This document shows, piece by piece, positions 42,341 to 54,200 of a stretch of DNA of 64,000 nt; position 1 is the first letter of the stretch; each line of letters begins with the position of its first letter. This stretch comes from TPA_inf: Saccharomyces. Taxonomy: Eukaryota. The notes beneath the pieces are model-generated. The model saw only the letters and a list, made by a program, of their open reading frames with translations, did not search any database and was not told the origin of the DNA. The stretch covers positions 96,001 to 160,000 of the forward strand of contig BK006936.2 in assembly GCA_000146045.2 (NCBI GenBank). Direction: 5' to 3'. Both the position numbers and the translations under genes were made by a program.

Positions 42341-44260
42341 TTAGATATATCGTATCTTTTCATAGCCAGTGGAAACGCCGCCATATTCTTCAAAAGCTTC
42401 TCTTTCAGTTCCGAATTCTTCTACTTCGACCCACTCTTCGAGCCATTTACGGTCAGTTATCTTGGCATCGCCTGGAATACCCTTAATTGGGTAAAAATAC
42501 ACTAAAATGCAGTAACTCAATGCTGCAAGGAGATAACCAACGAAATAGTTTAGGTAGTAAACTTTCATAGCGCCAATAGGCACAGAAACTCCCACTGAAC
42601 CTAAAAAGCCTGCAAAATTAGGAGCAATACCAAATATATAAGCTACCACCGCCCTCCAGTTCGTACCATATTTATTGTACATGTAGTACGATCCTGGCTT
42701 GTCGGTGTAGCAATGGAAAATATTAACGTAACCCTTTCTGACAATGAAGTAATCGGCTGATATTACACCCGCAATAGCACTTAAGAAAACTGCATATGCC
42801 GCTAGTGCCGTAGTAAACTTTGACGATGATGATAATAAATCCCAGGGGCAAATCGCCAACGATATTAGAGCACAAATATAAGAACCGCGTCTGATATTGA
42901 TGAATTTAGGCAATAATGCAGTCAGATCGGTACCTGCAGGGATCGAGTTACCAGACAAGTTGGCACCCAGCTGGTCAAACGCAAAAATGAAAGATATTAA
43001 GAATACACCGGCTCTGTTCCCCGAAGTATAGTTATCCAAGTACCTGTTCAGAATGTCTAGGGGACTCCAATAATTTACTCCGTACAATGTATAAGCTGCG
43101 GAGACAGACAATATTCCGATTAAGGAAATAATGGCATAGCAGACGGGTAGCGCAATCAATTGCGAGTAAACAGATGACTTGTAGGTCTTACCGAATCTAG
43201 TGAAGTCAGGAGCGTTTAGGATTAAAGTAGAGAAGTTATCCAGAGCACTCATAATAGCTCTAATGACAGACCATGCTAAAACCGTCTTGCTGATTGCGCC
43301 ACCATTGTCATTTAGGGAACCCAATGCCAAATGACCTTTGGCCTTACAAAGAGTCCAAATCAAAAAACCGAAGGCCGCAAATGGAGTGATGGCGGATTTG
43401 AGTGCAAATATATGACGCAATTTGTCAGGTGGAAACCATAGGAACGGTAAACATGCGACCCAGAAGACCATGAAGCACATGAACTCGAAGTTCGTCAAAT
43501 TGGGGTTCTTTATGGTGTCTTTGATTCTAGTATTCAAATTAGTACCGAAGATAGCCTTTAGCATCAACTGAACACATTGACTACCGATATAAGCCAAAGT
43601 AGAATTCCAGACACATGCCATGACGACACGGTTGATGACAATCCAGATGGAGAAGTAGATACCAAATGATACTCTTGAGGAAATGGGGAAAGAGATATGG
43701 TAATTGTTCCCCACTTTGGAACCCAGTATCAAGAAAAATGCGACAAACGTGTATCCAACCCAAATACAGATCCAAGTCTGCCACCAGTTAAGCCCTAACT
43801 GTAGCCCAGTGGCTGAGATTTGCCATGTATTGACGTTAAAGGACCCAGAAATCCAAAAGAAAATGTACTGCTTCCATGTCCACGTTCTTCTTTTTGCCTC
43901 CACGGGCCGCAGATCTGTGTTGTACAAGTACGTCGAACGGAGGGACTCCTGTAAATCTTTAAATGTCCTAATTGGATTTTCGGGCTTATGATCGGCCAAA
44001 TCGGTAGAGTCATTCTTAACCTCAAAAAACTCGACAACTCTTTGCAGCCAAGACACCTTTTCGTCATCCTGAGCAATGGTTATATTGTTTTCTGAATCGG
44101 TATCTTTTTTTTCAATGACATTAGCATCAATCTTAGAAGTAATTTTAGTCGCATCACCCATCTCGGACTCTTTCGTGATTTCTTCGTAATCCTCCGTCGG
44201 TATAGTGTCGTCCTTCATTGTTTTTGAAGAATTATCGAATCCAGAATCAGATACCGGCAT
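42341..44260 (-). CDS. FUI1: Uridine permease (NCS1/Fur family, 12 TM), 639 aa.
   Basis: NCS1 transporter family with multiple TM helices and a hydrophilic N-terminal tail. Confidence 0.93.
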   Translation of the reverse strand: MPVSDSGFDNSSKTMKDDTIPTEDYEEITKESEMGDATKITSKIDANVIEKKDTDSENNITIAQDDEKVSWLQRVVEFFEVKNDSTDLADHKPENPIRTFKDLQESLRSTYLYNTDLRPVEAKRRTWTWKQYIFFWISGSFNVNTWQISATGLQLGLNWWQTWICIWVGYTFVAFFLILGSKVGNNYHISFPISSRVSFGIYFSIWIVINRVVMACVWNSTLAYIGSQCVQLMLKAIFGTNLNTRIKDTIKNPNLTNFEFMCFMVFWVACLPFLWFPPDKLRHIFALKSAITPFAAFGFLIWTLCKAKGHLALGSLNDNGGAISKTVLAWSVIRAIMSALDNFSTLILNAPDFTRFGKTYKSSVYSQLIALPVCYAIISLIGILSVSAAYTLYGVNYWSPLDILNRYLDNYTSGNRAGVFLISFIFAFDQLGANLSGNSIPAGTDLTALLPKFINIRRGSYICALISLAICPWDLLSSSSKFTTALAAYAVFLSAIAGVISADYFIVRKGYVNIFHCYTDKPGSYYMYNKYGTNWRAVVAYIFGIAPNFAGFLGSVGVSVPIGAMKVYYLNYFVGYLLAALSYCILVYFYPIKGIPGDAKITDRKWLEEWVEVEEFGTEREAFEEYGGVSTGYEKIRYI

Positions 44261-45159
44261 TTTCTCTTATATAGAATTAATGAATGAGAGGACTAGTTAC
44301 CGCCTTTTATTTCCGCAATGTGCTGCAAAGTAAAGCAAAGCTGTCCAATACTATGTTTTAAATTTTACAAGAAGGTCGAAGCAATACTACTGTTATATAA
44401 AAGATAGGATAGCATGTCATCGAGTAATTGAGCAAGAGAGGAAATGAAAAACTTTTCCGTTGGAGAATTGATCAAAAATTTTCAAAAATACGACATGTCC
44501 CTGTGTTGTCCAGGCTGACACAATAGTTTCAGTAGCGAGAACCGCCAAGTTTTATTGCAGCATCCTTTAATGGCAAAGATGGCGCGATAAGGACGAAACC
44601 GGCAAATCCCGAGCATCAACCACAGTGAACGCCGCGGAGAAACTCAAAGGCGAAAGGGGAGAAAAAAAGAAATTAATGGCACATACCGCTTTGTGGCATG
44701 GCTCAATCACATTTCTTTTTCTTCTTTCTGATCGCCCGCAGGAGAGGCAGCGCCGTTTGTGTCCCATCGCAAGGACAAACTAGCTAGGACATGAGACTTC
44801 TAAGCCGTTCAGTCGAAAGAGTTAGGGCATTAGTCTCTAAAGATAAGTGTGGGGGCTTGGTTGAGTCTTGATTTAAAAGCTTGGAGTAGGCATTTTACGA
44901 TCTATTTTCTCTCGAAATAAAGTAAAGGTATTGCTGCAAAGGAATTGCCGTAATATTTAAAACTTCTTGCTTAAGTGATGTAAAGGCAGTGAGGCGATAG
45001 CAATGTTTCGTAGAGCCTGTGACTAGTGAAGCATAGGCAATAAATTGTTTTTTTTTTCTGATTTTGTATTGCCGTCTCTGCGTCGCAGAGATTTGGTGTT
45101 CGTACGGAGCGATAATTGTTTTTATCTTTTCCAACTTAAAGGATCGAGGAAACTCAAAG

Positions 45160-45168
45160 GGTGGCAAA
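45160..45168 (+). promoter_or_regulatory. PACE (GGTGGCAAA), the Rpn4 binding site, about 80 bp upstream of the PRE7 ATG.
   Basis: Exact 9/9 match to the proteasome-associated control element, upstream of a proteasome subunit gene. Confidence 0.75.
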
Positions 45169-45246
45169 AACAAGCGGTATAATACAAGGTGAACTGAGTT
45201 GGAAAGAGAGTAGCCAAGACTATTGAACTATAAAGTTAAACAAAAT

Positions 45247-45972
45247 ATGGCCACTATTGCATCAGAATACTCTTCGGAGGCGTCAAATACACCCATTGAA
45301 CATCAATTCAATCCTTACGGTGATAATGGTGGTACAATCCTGGGCATTGCAGGTGAAGATTTCGCAGTGTTAGCAGGCGATACAAGAAATATCACCGATT
45401 ACTCAATTAATTCTCGTTATGAACCCAAGGTTTTTGATTGTGGTGATAACATAGTCATGTCGGCGAATGGATTTGCAGCAGACGGCGACGCTTTAGTAAA
45501 AAGATTCAAAAATAGTGTAAAATGGTACCATTTCGACCACAACGACAAAAAACTATCTATAAACTCTGCAGCAAGGAACATTCAACATCTTCTGTACGGG
45601 AAGAGGTTTTTCCCTTACTACGTTCATACGATCATTGCGGGTCTTGACGAAGATGGTAAGGGCGCTGTCTATTCGTTCGACCCAGTTGGCTCCTACGAAA
45701 GAGAACAGTGTAGAGCAGGTGGTGCTGCGGCATCATTGATCATGCCATTTTTGGACAATCAGGTTAATTTCAAAAATCAATATGAGCCAGGTACAAACGG
45801 TAAAGTCAAAAAGCCTTTGAAATACTTGTCCGTGGAAGAAGTCATCAAACTGGTGAGAGACTCGTTCACTTCTGCTACAGAAAGACATATACAAGTGGGT
45901 GATGGGCTGGAAATCCTTATTGTCACCAAGGATGGTGTAAGGAAAGAATTTTATGAGCTAAAAAGAGATTAA
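45247..45972 (+). CDS. PRE7: 20S proteasome beta-6 subunit, 241 aa. First ATG at 45247.
   Basis: Proteasome beta-type fold (GTILGIAGEDFAVLAGDTR...). Non-catalytic beta subunit. Confidence 0.92.
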   Translation: MATIASEYSSEASNTPIEHQFNPYGDNGGTILGIAGEDFAVLAGDTRNITDYSINSRYEPKVFDCGDNIVMSANGFAADGDALVKRFKNSVKWYHFDHNDKKLSINSAARNIQHLLYGKRFFPYYVHTIIAGLDEDGKGAVYSFDPVGSYEREQCRAGGAAASLIMPFLDNQVNFKNQYEPGTNGKVKKPLKYLSVEEVIKLVRDSFTSATERHIQVGDGLEILIVTKDGVRKEFYELKRD

Positions 45973-46111
45973 TGCATACATATCATAGTATAAAAAGAAA
46001 TAGACCAATATCAACATCAATTTTATGTATTTTTTTTTTCTTTTGGTATAGCATTGATATATTGAAATTTGTATATATTGCTGCGAACACTATTTAAAAC
46101 AGGTTTTTTTT

Positions 46112-46868
46112 TTATTTTGGCAGTTTGAAACCCTTTCCTCTGATGACTTTAGTGTAGTAAATGTAAAAGAAATCAGAGTACAACAGAGTTTGCAAAAGTC
46201 CCGCGAAGAAGGCAATCTTGTCCAATTTTTTATCTTCCGTGCTGTACCTCCAAATCCAGTTAGGAATATACAATGCTCTGTATAATCCCATGGCAAAAAT
46301 ATAATGAACAGTTAGACTTCTAGTCTTCCCACCCTTAGATAGCATGTACAATTGAGGTAGAATAGCCACACTCTCCAACCATACAGAAAAACTCCATGCT
46401 AATTCAAGAAAAGTGAACTTGTGATGGAAAAAAACACTCATTAGAGCACTCCCAATTAGTAAATGCTGGATCTTAAAGGTATCATGCATAAGCATTTCAT
46501 TATACGCAATGGTGTTGGTTCTTTTAGACCCTTGTAATAGCACTACAATGTAAGCGGTAGATACAATGAAAAATATTTTCATTAGAGCATTGTATAGGGA
46601 TACCCAGTGAAAAGTCAAGAGATCCAAGTATCGTGTTATGAAAACCAAAGCGTACAACGTTTGGGTCTTGAAAGAAATACCTTCAATGTACCTTGTGGTC
46701 TTGATATTATGAATCAGGATCAGTATACTGGTTAGATGTGATAAATCACCTGTCTTGATGGTCGGGAAAAAGCCCTTTCTCTGTTAGTAAGATTGGGTTC
46801 GATCTACGGCGGGAAAAGCCTCATGAAACTCCAAATAGTAACATACCTAAGATTCTAAACGGATTCAT
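46112..46868 (-). CDS. ERD2: HDEL/KDEL ER-retention receptor, 219 aa, spliced: exon 1 is 46868..46847 (MNPFRIL + G), the intron is 46846..46750, and exon 2 is 46749..46112.
   Basis: Exon 1 is ATGAATCCGTTTAGAATCTTAG followed by GTATGT. The branch point is TACTAACAG and the acceptor is GACAG. The joined product is MNPFRILGDLSHLTSILILIHNIKTTRYIEGISFKTQTLYALVF..., a 7-TM ER lumen protein-retaining receptor. Confidence 0.9.
46750..46846 (-). other. ERD2: Spliceosomal intron of ERD2.
   Basis: GTATGT...TACTAAC...CAG on the minus strand. The frame is restored across the junction. Confidence 0.88.
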
Positions 46869-47392
46869 TGCTTACTGATTATGCCTCAACTTGCGCGTAT
46901 ATCTCACTCTTGAACAAGTGCCCTCAGCAAATTCATCTGCCTCGAAATTTGAACTTATTTTTAACGTGTTCAATATTTAGCTAAAACGTCGTTTTCAGTC
47001 CGGGTACCGCAGATAAGCCATCCCGGATCTTTAAAGGAAAACGAGGAATTCAGTGGTGCAGACTACACTTTAATCTCAATTGACCAAAGTGAGTCCTCAA
47101 GTAAGACGAATATTATTTTTCTTTCACGACTCAATTGAATTCCTAATAACACTTTTGTTTGCTGTATTAGCTTTTAGCTTTGAGAGCGATGAAGCAAGAG
47201 AGAAAAATAAGGGTAGAAAAAAAAATTAGAAATTGAGGAGGGGAAGGTATTCTAACCTGGTGAATTCCCAGATACATAAGTATAAGAATTTCTCGGCAGA
47301 GATTATATACAATAAAGAATAAGGTTCAGTTGGACGATTGCGATAGTAGCGTGAATAACAATTTACTTTAATCAATCGTTAGGATACTTCTA

Positions 47393-47572
47393 ATGGGCTT
47401 TTTTAACAATAATCCGGTAATTGAATTCTTCCACAGAATAACGAGAAAACCCAGTACCATTGCGATGTGGGTGTTTGCTGGTCTGATTTGTTCAAGTACA
47501 TTTTATTTAATGTTCATGTCATCACCTACAATCGACTTCAACTCGAAGAGTAAGAAAAAAAATGATAAATAA
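47393..47572 (+). CDS. YBL039W-B: Small ORF of 59 aa with one predicted TM helix (MGFFNNNPVIEFFHRITRKPSTIAMWVFAGLICSSTFYLMFMSSPTIDFNSKSKKKNDK). It is below the ORF-track size cut-off.
   Basis: ATG to TAA is 60 codons. A hydrophobic stretch (IAMWVFAGLICSSTFYLMF) is flanked by charged residues. This matches the position of a known small annotated ORF between ERD2 and URA7. Confidence 0.5.
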   Translation: MGFFNNNPVIEFFHRITRKPSTIAMWVFAGLICSSTFYLMFMSSPTIDFNSKSKKKNDK

Positions 47573-47988
47573 TCTCCCTGTTCAGTACTTTGGTAAAAGC
47601 ACGCCATGGAAAATTATTTAGAACTTCCTTATACAAAACTAAATATTTGAGCATATTCTATATTCATACATAGATACATTCTTTGAATTTCAAGACTCTT
47701 ATTTCTCATTTTGAAAGCCAAGATTGGAGGAAAAATCGTAAATTTTTATCCAGTCAGTAACAACTGTTGGCCAGTCGAAAACTCTATCGAAACAGCTTCT
47801 ATATGTCAGATAAGATAGATTTATTAAATTAAATATATTCAGGAGAGGAAAGACAACATGAACGAAAAAAAAAAAACAGTGTAGAGAAGCACTACAAATA
47901 TTTTCTCTTCCAAAAAATATAATATACATAAAAAAATTAGAAATTTATCTTTGTTAATGCAGTAGACTTTTAATTCTAAAATTTTGAT

Positions 47989-49728
47989 TTAAAAGTTGAA
48001 TTTGTTTTCGCCGGCCTCAAGATCGTACTTACCTTCAATGACATCTTGAAGGATACCAGCGGAAGCAGCAACTAAACCCAAAAATGGTTTGGATGGATCT
48101 AAGACCTTTGATGTGTATTCTGGGTGATATTGAGTAGCAATATAGTATGGGTGATTCTTTAATTCCAAAATCTCACAACGCTTTCCAGTGTCGTCCTTAC
48201 CTACAAAGATCAACCCGTTGTTTTCCAATTCATCAACCATCTTTGGATTGATTTCGTAACGGTGACGGTGTCTTTCATGGACTTCGGAGACGTCACCGTA
48301 TAACTTCTTGATTTGACTCCATTCAGTTTCATTTTGGAAAAATGTTGGTCTCAAACCTAATCTCATTGAGCCCCCCATGGTTTCCTTGTCAATTTCAGGC
48401 ATGAAAACGACAACGTGATTTTTTTCATCAATGTCTGGATAAAATTCTGCCGAATGACTGTCTTTTCTTCCCAACACACTACGTGTAAATTCAATGGTGG
48501 CAATTTGTAAACCCAGGCAAACCCCTAAGAATGGAATGTGATTTTCACGAGCCCATCTAGCAGCCAAAACCATACCTTCAGTACCTCTAACACCAAAACC
48601 ACCGGGGATTAAGATACCGTCTGCGGTACTGACCATGTTCCATGCTTCATGAAATTTAGTTTTGTTGCTTTCTTGTGCTTCAGGTTCCAAATCAGTAGCT
48701 TCCACCCATTTAATGTCTAACTTACGACGACACTTCATGGATGAATGTTCCAATGCTTTTATCACTGATAGATAAGAATCTTTCAAGTTGGTGTATTTCC
48801 CAACCAAAGCAATCTTCACTGTTTCCATGGATTCATCGAAGTTACCTGTTGTGGCCTTCCATTTAGACAATAATTCCAGGCCTCTTTGTTTTTCTTCTTC
48901 TGTAAGTGATATTTCATCTAACTTTAATCTGGCGTGTAAGTAATCAATCATCTTTTGTTCCAGTAGCAACAATGGGACGTGATAAGTAGAATTAACATCG
49001 TGAACGTTAACCACCTGTTCAGGCCCCACATGACAAAACATGGCAATCTTATCGATTGTTGGTTTATCCAAAGTTTCACTACATCTACAGGCGATCATAT
49101 CTGGAACTAAACCAAGAGACCTCAAACCTTTGATGGCAGCTTGAGTTGGCTTAGTTTTTTGTTCACCGTGGATGACAGGAACTAGAGAAACGTGTATCAA
49201 GGCAAAATTTTCCTTTCCAACTTTAAATTGGAATTGTCTTAGTGCCTCCACAAAAGGAGCACTTTCAATGTCACCAACTGTCCCACCCAATTCAATGATA
49301 CAAACATCTGGTTCCATACCGGTGTCATCTACAGGAATTTTGGCCACGCGCTCAATCCAATCTTGGATAGCGTTGGTCAAATGAGGGACAATTTGCACGG
49401 TTTTGCCTAAATAGTCACCTTTTCTTTCCTTAGCAATAACGTGCGAGTATATTTTACCAGTAGTAATGTTATGATCTTTAGTCAAAGTAACTCCAAGGTA
49501 TCTCTCGTAGTTACCCAAGTCCAAATCTGTTTCACCACCGTCGTCAAGCACGAAACATTCACCATGTTCCAAAGGAGACATAGTACCTGCATCAATGTTC
49601 ATATAAGGGTCAATTTTAATTGACGTAACCTTTAAACCGAGGGTTTTCATTAGCATACCAGTTGAAGATGCAAGAACACCTTTACCGATACCCGAAATGA
49701 CACCACCTGAAACAACAACGTACTTCAT
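47989..49728 (-). CDS. URA7: CTP synthase, 579 aa. First ATG at 49728; the ORF track extends 12 codons further upstream.
   Basis: CTP synthase N-terminal synthetase domain ([16 protein letters not shown]) plus a C-terminal class-I glutamine amidotransferase domain (GVCLGLQ catalytic Cys). Confidence 0.93.
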   Translation of the reverse strand: MKYVVVSGGVISGIGKGVLASSTGMLMKTLGLKVTSIKIDPYMNIDAGTMSPLEHGECFVLDDGGETDLDLGNYERYLGVTLTKDHNITTGKIYSHVIAKERKGDYLGKTVQIVPHLTNAIQDWIERVAKIPVDDTGMEPDVCIIELGGTVGDIESAPFVEALRQFQFKVGKENFALIHVSLVPVIHGEQKTKPTQAAIKGLRSLGLVPDMIACRCSETLDKPTIDKIAMFCHVGPEQVVNVHDVNSTYHVPLLLLEQKMIDYLHARLKLDEISLTEEEKQRGLELLSKWKATTGNFDESMETVKIALVGKYTNLKDSYLSVIKALEHSSMKCRRKLDIKWVEATDLEPEAQESNKTKFHEAWNMVSTADGILIPGGFGVRGTEGMVLAARWARENHIPFLGVCLGLQIATIEFTRSVLGRKDSHSAEFYPDIDEKNHVVVFMPEIDKETMGGSMRLGLRPTFFQNETEWSQIKKLYGDVSEVHERHRHRYEINPKMVDELENNGLIFVGKDDTGKRCEILELKNHPYYIATQYHPEYTSKVLDPSKPFLGLVAASAGILQDVIEGKYDLEAGENKFNF

Positions 49729-49872
49729 TTTCTGTCTATAAGTTTCTTTTGTTCTATTGACCAATTCACTGAGAAACTGCCTGAAACTTTTTCGACCTTA
49801 GAATGGCAGAAAAATGGCAAATACTGTAAAATACTTAACATTTAACTAAATTTTATTCTATGCTTTTCCTCT

Positions 49873-49898
49873 CGATGAGATGAGCTGTGAAAAATTTT
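49873..49898. promoter_or_regulatory. PAC-like motifs (CGATGAG / GATGAGCT) immediately followed by a perfect RRPE (TGAAAAATTTT), about 150-170 bp upstream of the URA7 ATG.
   Basis: Read directly from the sequence. This is the typical PAC+RRPE arrangement of RiBi and nucleotide-biosynthesis promoters. Confidence 0.5.
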
Positions 49899-49899
49899 G

Positions 49900-49930
<31 letters not shown>
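49900..49930. repeat. Uninterrupted 31-bp poly(dA:dT) tract in the URA7/MRPL16 divergent promoter.
   Basis: Read directly from the sequence. Long homopolymeric dA:dT tracts exclude nucleosomes in yeast promoters. Confidence 0.9.
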
Positions 49931-49934
<4 letters not shown>

Positions 49935-50120
49935 TTATCACCAATAACGAGAAACCTAACTCTAAAACTTAGGGTCAAAGAACAGAACCCTAGGCTTTGT
50001 ATCCAGTTGAATCACTAATTACGAAAGAATGCTGGTGGAAATAATAATATCATATTGGTGCTCAAATAACAAGAAGACTTCTTTGGAAGAAATTATTACC
50101 AATTAACAGTCCACTTGTAG

Positions 50121-50885
<765 letters not shown>

Positions 50886-51208
50886 ACGGATTGAACACAC
50901 CATGTATACATGTATATAACTATTGAAAAATATCGATATTCACAATCAAGTAATCTAGCCATGGCTATGAGTTTATTAATTCTAGTATGCACTGTATACT
51001 CTCTGCGGAAGAATAGGAGTTTTTCCCCGGAGTGAGCGCTGAAGAAACACATGACGACGTGAAAAAACACTTGTTTGATCCAGCTGAGGTATAAACACTG
51101 AGAAATATTTGAGGGTCAAAGAAGCACTAGGAACGTTACAGTTGGAATTTGCTAGTCAATCGAGTTTCCAATTTCGCAACCTTTATTATAGTACTAATCT
51201 TATAAGCC

Positions 51209-54200
51209 ATGGATCGCAAAAAAACACTTATAAACTCAAGTGTTTCTAATAATAACAGTACCATCAAGGGCCTACAGTTATTCATTGCAGATCTTCGTTC
51301 TGCACAACAAGCACAAGAGCAGGAAAAGAGAATACAATCTGAAATTGTCAAAATTAAACAGCATTTCGATGCTGCAAAGAAAAAACAAGGCAATCACGAC
51401 AGATTAGGTGGCTATCAAAGAAAGAAGTACGTTGCCAAGCTAGCCTATATATATATTACTTCTAATACGACAAAACTAAATGAAATTTTATTCGGGTTGG
51501 AGCAAACGGTAGAGCTGTTGAAGTCCAGCATATTTTCTGAAAAATTCATTGGATATATGACCCTTGAGTTGCTTTATGAACGTAGTGAAGTTGTTGCCAA
51601 AGTTAACGATGAGGTGAATTATCAACTGATGAAAGATCTCTCTTCTTCCGATGATAATTTCGTAATGTTGGCGCTGAATTTTGTTGGTGTAGTAGGAGAA
51701 CTTACGAACCGTCTAGCGTACAACGATGATATCACAACAGGAGTATTCAAGATATTAAGATCACCGACCTCCTCCATTTATCTCAAGAAAAAATCAGCAT
51801 TGTCATTTCTAGCACTATTGAAAAGTAATCATTCTATACTGACCGAAGATTTACAACGTAAGCAACTATGGATACAAAGGATATTAAGCTTATTGGATGA
51901 TACGGAAAACTATAGGTTAACTTTAGCTACGATTCCGTTAATAGAATTCATTGCAAAATACATTGATCCCAGTTACTGTACGAGACTATTACCACAGCTA
52001 ACAGAAATTTTGTACAATTGTGTTGTTGTTGGTACTTCAAGATCTAGTGACAATCAGTTTCCGTTAGAATATACGTTCGCGAATATGCCAAATCCTTGGC
52101 TTATCACAAAAGTTGTCTCTTTGTTGAGCATATTGATTGCCTCACCAACTGAGAGGGATTCTGGCTCATTACTACAAACCAACAACATAGATAATGAATT
52201 ACTAAATAAACTTCGAAAGTGTGTTTCCGTTGCCATCGAATTAGGAACCAGACAAGCTCAAGATCCCATGGAACGTATCGTCCAAAACACAGTATTGTTT
52301 TCATTGATCAATTTCGCCTCTAAGCTAGATCCGTCGGATGAAGCTATCAGCAATTCTGTGACAGCCTTATGTTCCCTGCTAACATCTAAGGAAATTAATA
52401 TTCGGTATTTAACGCTAGATTCATTGGTCAAATTATGCTCATCAAGCGGGAAACCTGCAATTGATGCCGTTCGTTACAAGAATTTGGATATGATTTTTCA
52501 TCTTTTGAACACAGAAAGAGATTCATCTATTGTTAGGAAGGTTGTTGACTTGTTATATACCTTTACTGATGTTGAAAACGTTAAGATTATTGTGGACGGT
52601 TTACTGCAGTATATTTTATCTCCGAAAAATCTTGCTGAACCGCAAATAAAATCTGATATTGCAGTTAAAATAGCTATTTTGACCGAGAAATATGCCACGG
52701 ATATCAATTGGTTTGTAATTATTTCGTTGCAGTTGCTATCATTAACTTCAAATACAACTATTAACGATGATGAGATCTGGCAACGACTATGTCAAATTGT
52801 AGTGAACAATCCATCTTTACATAGAATAACATGTGAACGGTTGGTGGACTATTTATGTAAAAAGCAAGCATCTGAAGCTATTATTAAAGCTGCGGCTTTT
52901 CTACTAGGGGAGTACTCAAGTCTCATAACAGACAGGATTTCAAGCGCAAATTTATTTACTTTGTTTGCCGAGAAATATTTTAGTGCACCAAATGTGGCTA
53001 AGGCGATGATATTGACTACGATGATCAAGTTGTACAAGACCTCACCTGAGATCGGCTCCAACGTCATCAAATTTTTCCAATTGGAATTGAACTCTCTTGA
53101 TATTGAGTTGCAAACAAGATCCTTCGAATATCTCAACATTATTCAACTGGCTAAGGTGAACGGAAATACAGATATTTTGCAAATTTTATTTGAACCAATG
53201 CCGCCTTTTAACAGCAAATCTAATCCATTATTGAAGAGATTAGGGTCACTGCCGGCATCAGCGGGTAGCACAACTTTAATAAATACACCATCCGAAGCAT
53301 CCTCCTCCACGCCTGACTTACTATCAAAAAGAGCAAACTCTTCCAGGTCGATCATGGTTCCCATGCCCCCACCATCTCGTAGGAACACCATTGATGATGT
53401 AAATTCCAAAATTAGTTCATCTGAAGACTTTTCAGGAAAGGACTCTTATTATTCAAGGCAGATCCTCGCTCCAAATTGGAGGGAAGGTTTCACAAGAATG
53501 ATTTCGCATAAGCAGGGTGTGCTTTTCACATCATCTTTGATGAAAGTTTTCTATCGGATAACCACTCCTGATGCACAACAGCCATACGTGTTTCATATAT
53601 CTCTTGCCTTCATTAACCTGACTGAGTGGGAAATCACGGGATTATCCACACAGATTATCCCTTCAAAAACGCAAGGTAATCCTGAGTATTTAATTATGAA
53701 TATTAATACACCTTCTACTGCTACTATTGGGCCCCATAAAAGGGCAGAGCAAAGCTATGAAGTTTCAATAAGAAAACCTTTCGACGTTGAAGATAGTCCA
53801 ATTTTGGCAATTCATTTCAAATGTGGCGGTAGTACAAACACTATCAATTTGAAAACTGCCATAGGCATGACTACAACACTAATTAGCAGCGATGTCAATC
53901 CTAGCATGCATTTGAATTTGGCACAGTTCATCAGCCGTTGGAAGACTTTGAGCGATGCTTTGGGAAAAGAGGGAGAATACCAAAAATCTGGCATAAAGCT
54001 CAACAAGGATTTTAGAAAAGTTGAAACAATCAGTTTAGAAGACGGACTTCTACTATTGACGCAAACAGTGAAGAGGTTGGGCTTTGATATAGTCGATCAG
54101 ACCAGTGTTCGTAGTACATTGTTTGTCTCGGGTATTATTCATACGAAAAGTGAGGGAAACTTCGGTTGTTTAATGAAGATACAATACCAGGTAAATGGAA

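Noticed and set aside
46090-46296. 68-aa minus-strand ORF overlapping the ERD2 3' end
   Set aside because: It is out of frame within the genuine ERD2 exon 2, and is an artefact.
47049-47432. Four EcoRI sites (GAATTC) and a KpnI site within about 400 bp of the ERD2/URA7 intergenic region
   Set aside because: The local AT-richness makes GAATTC frequent. There is no vector or polylinker context, and the flanks are native yeast sequence.
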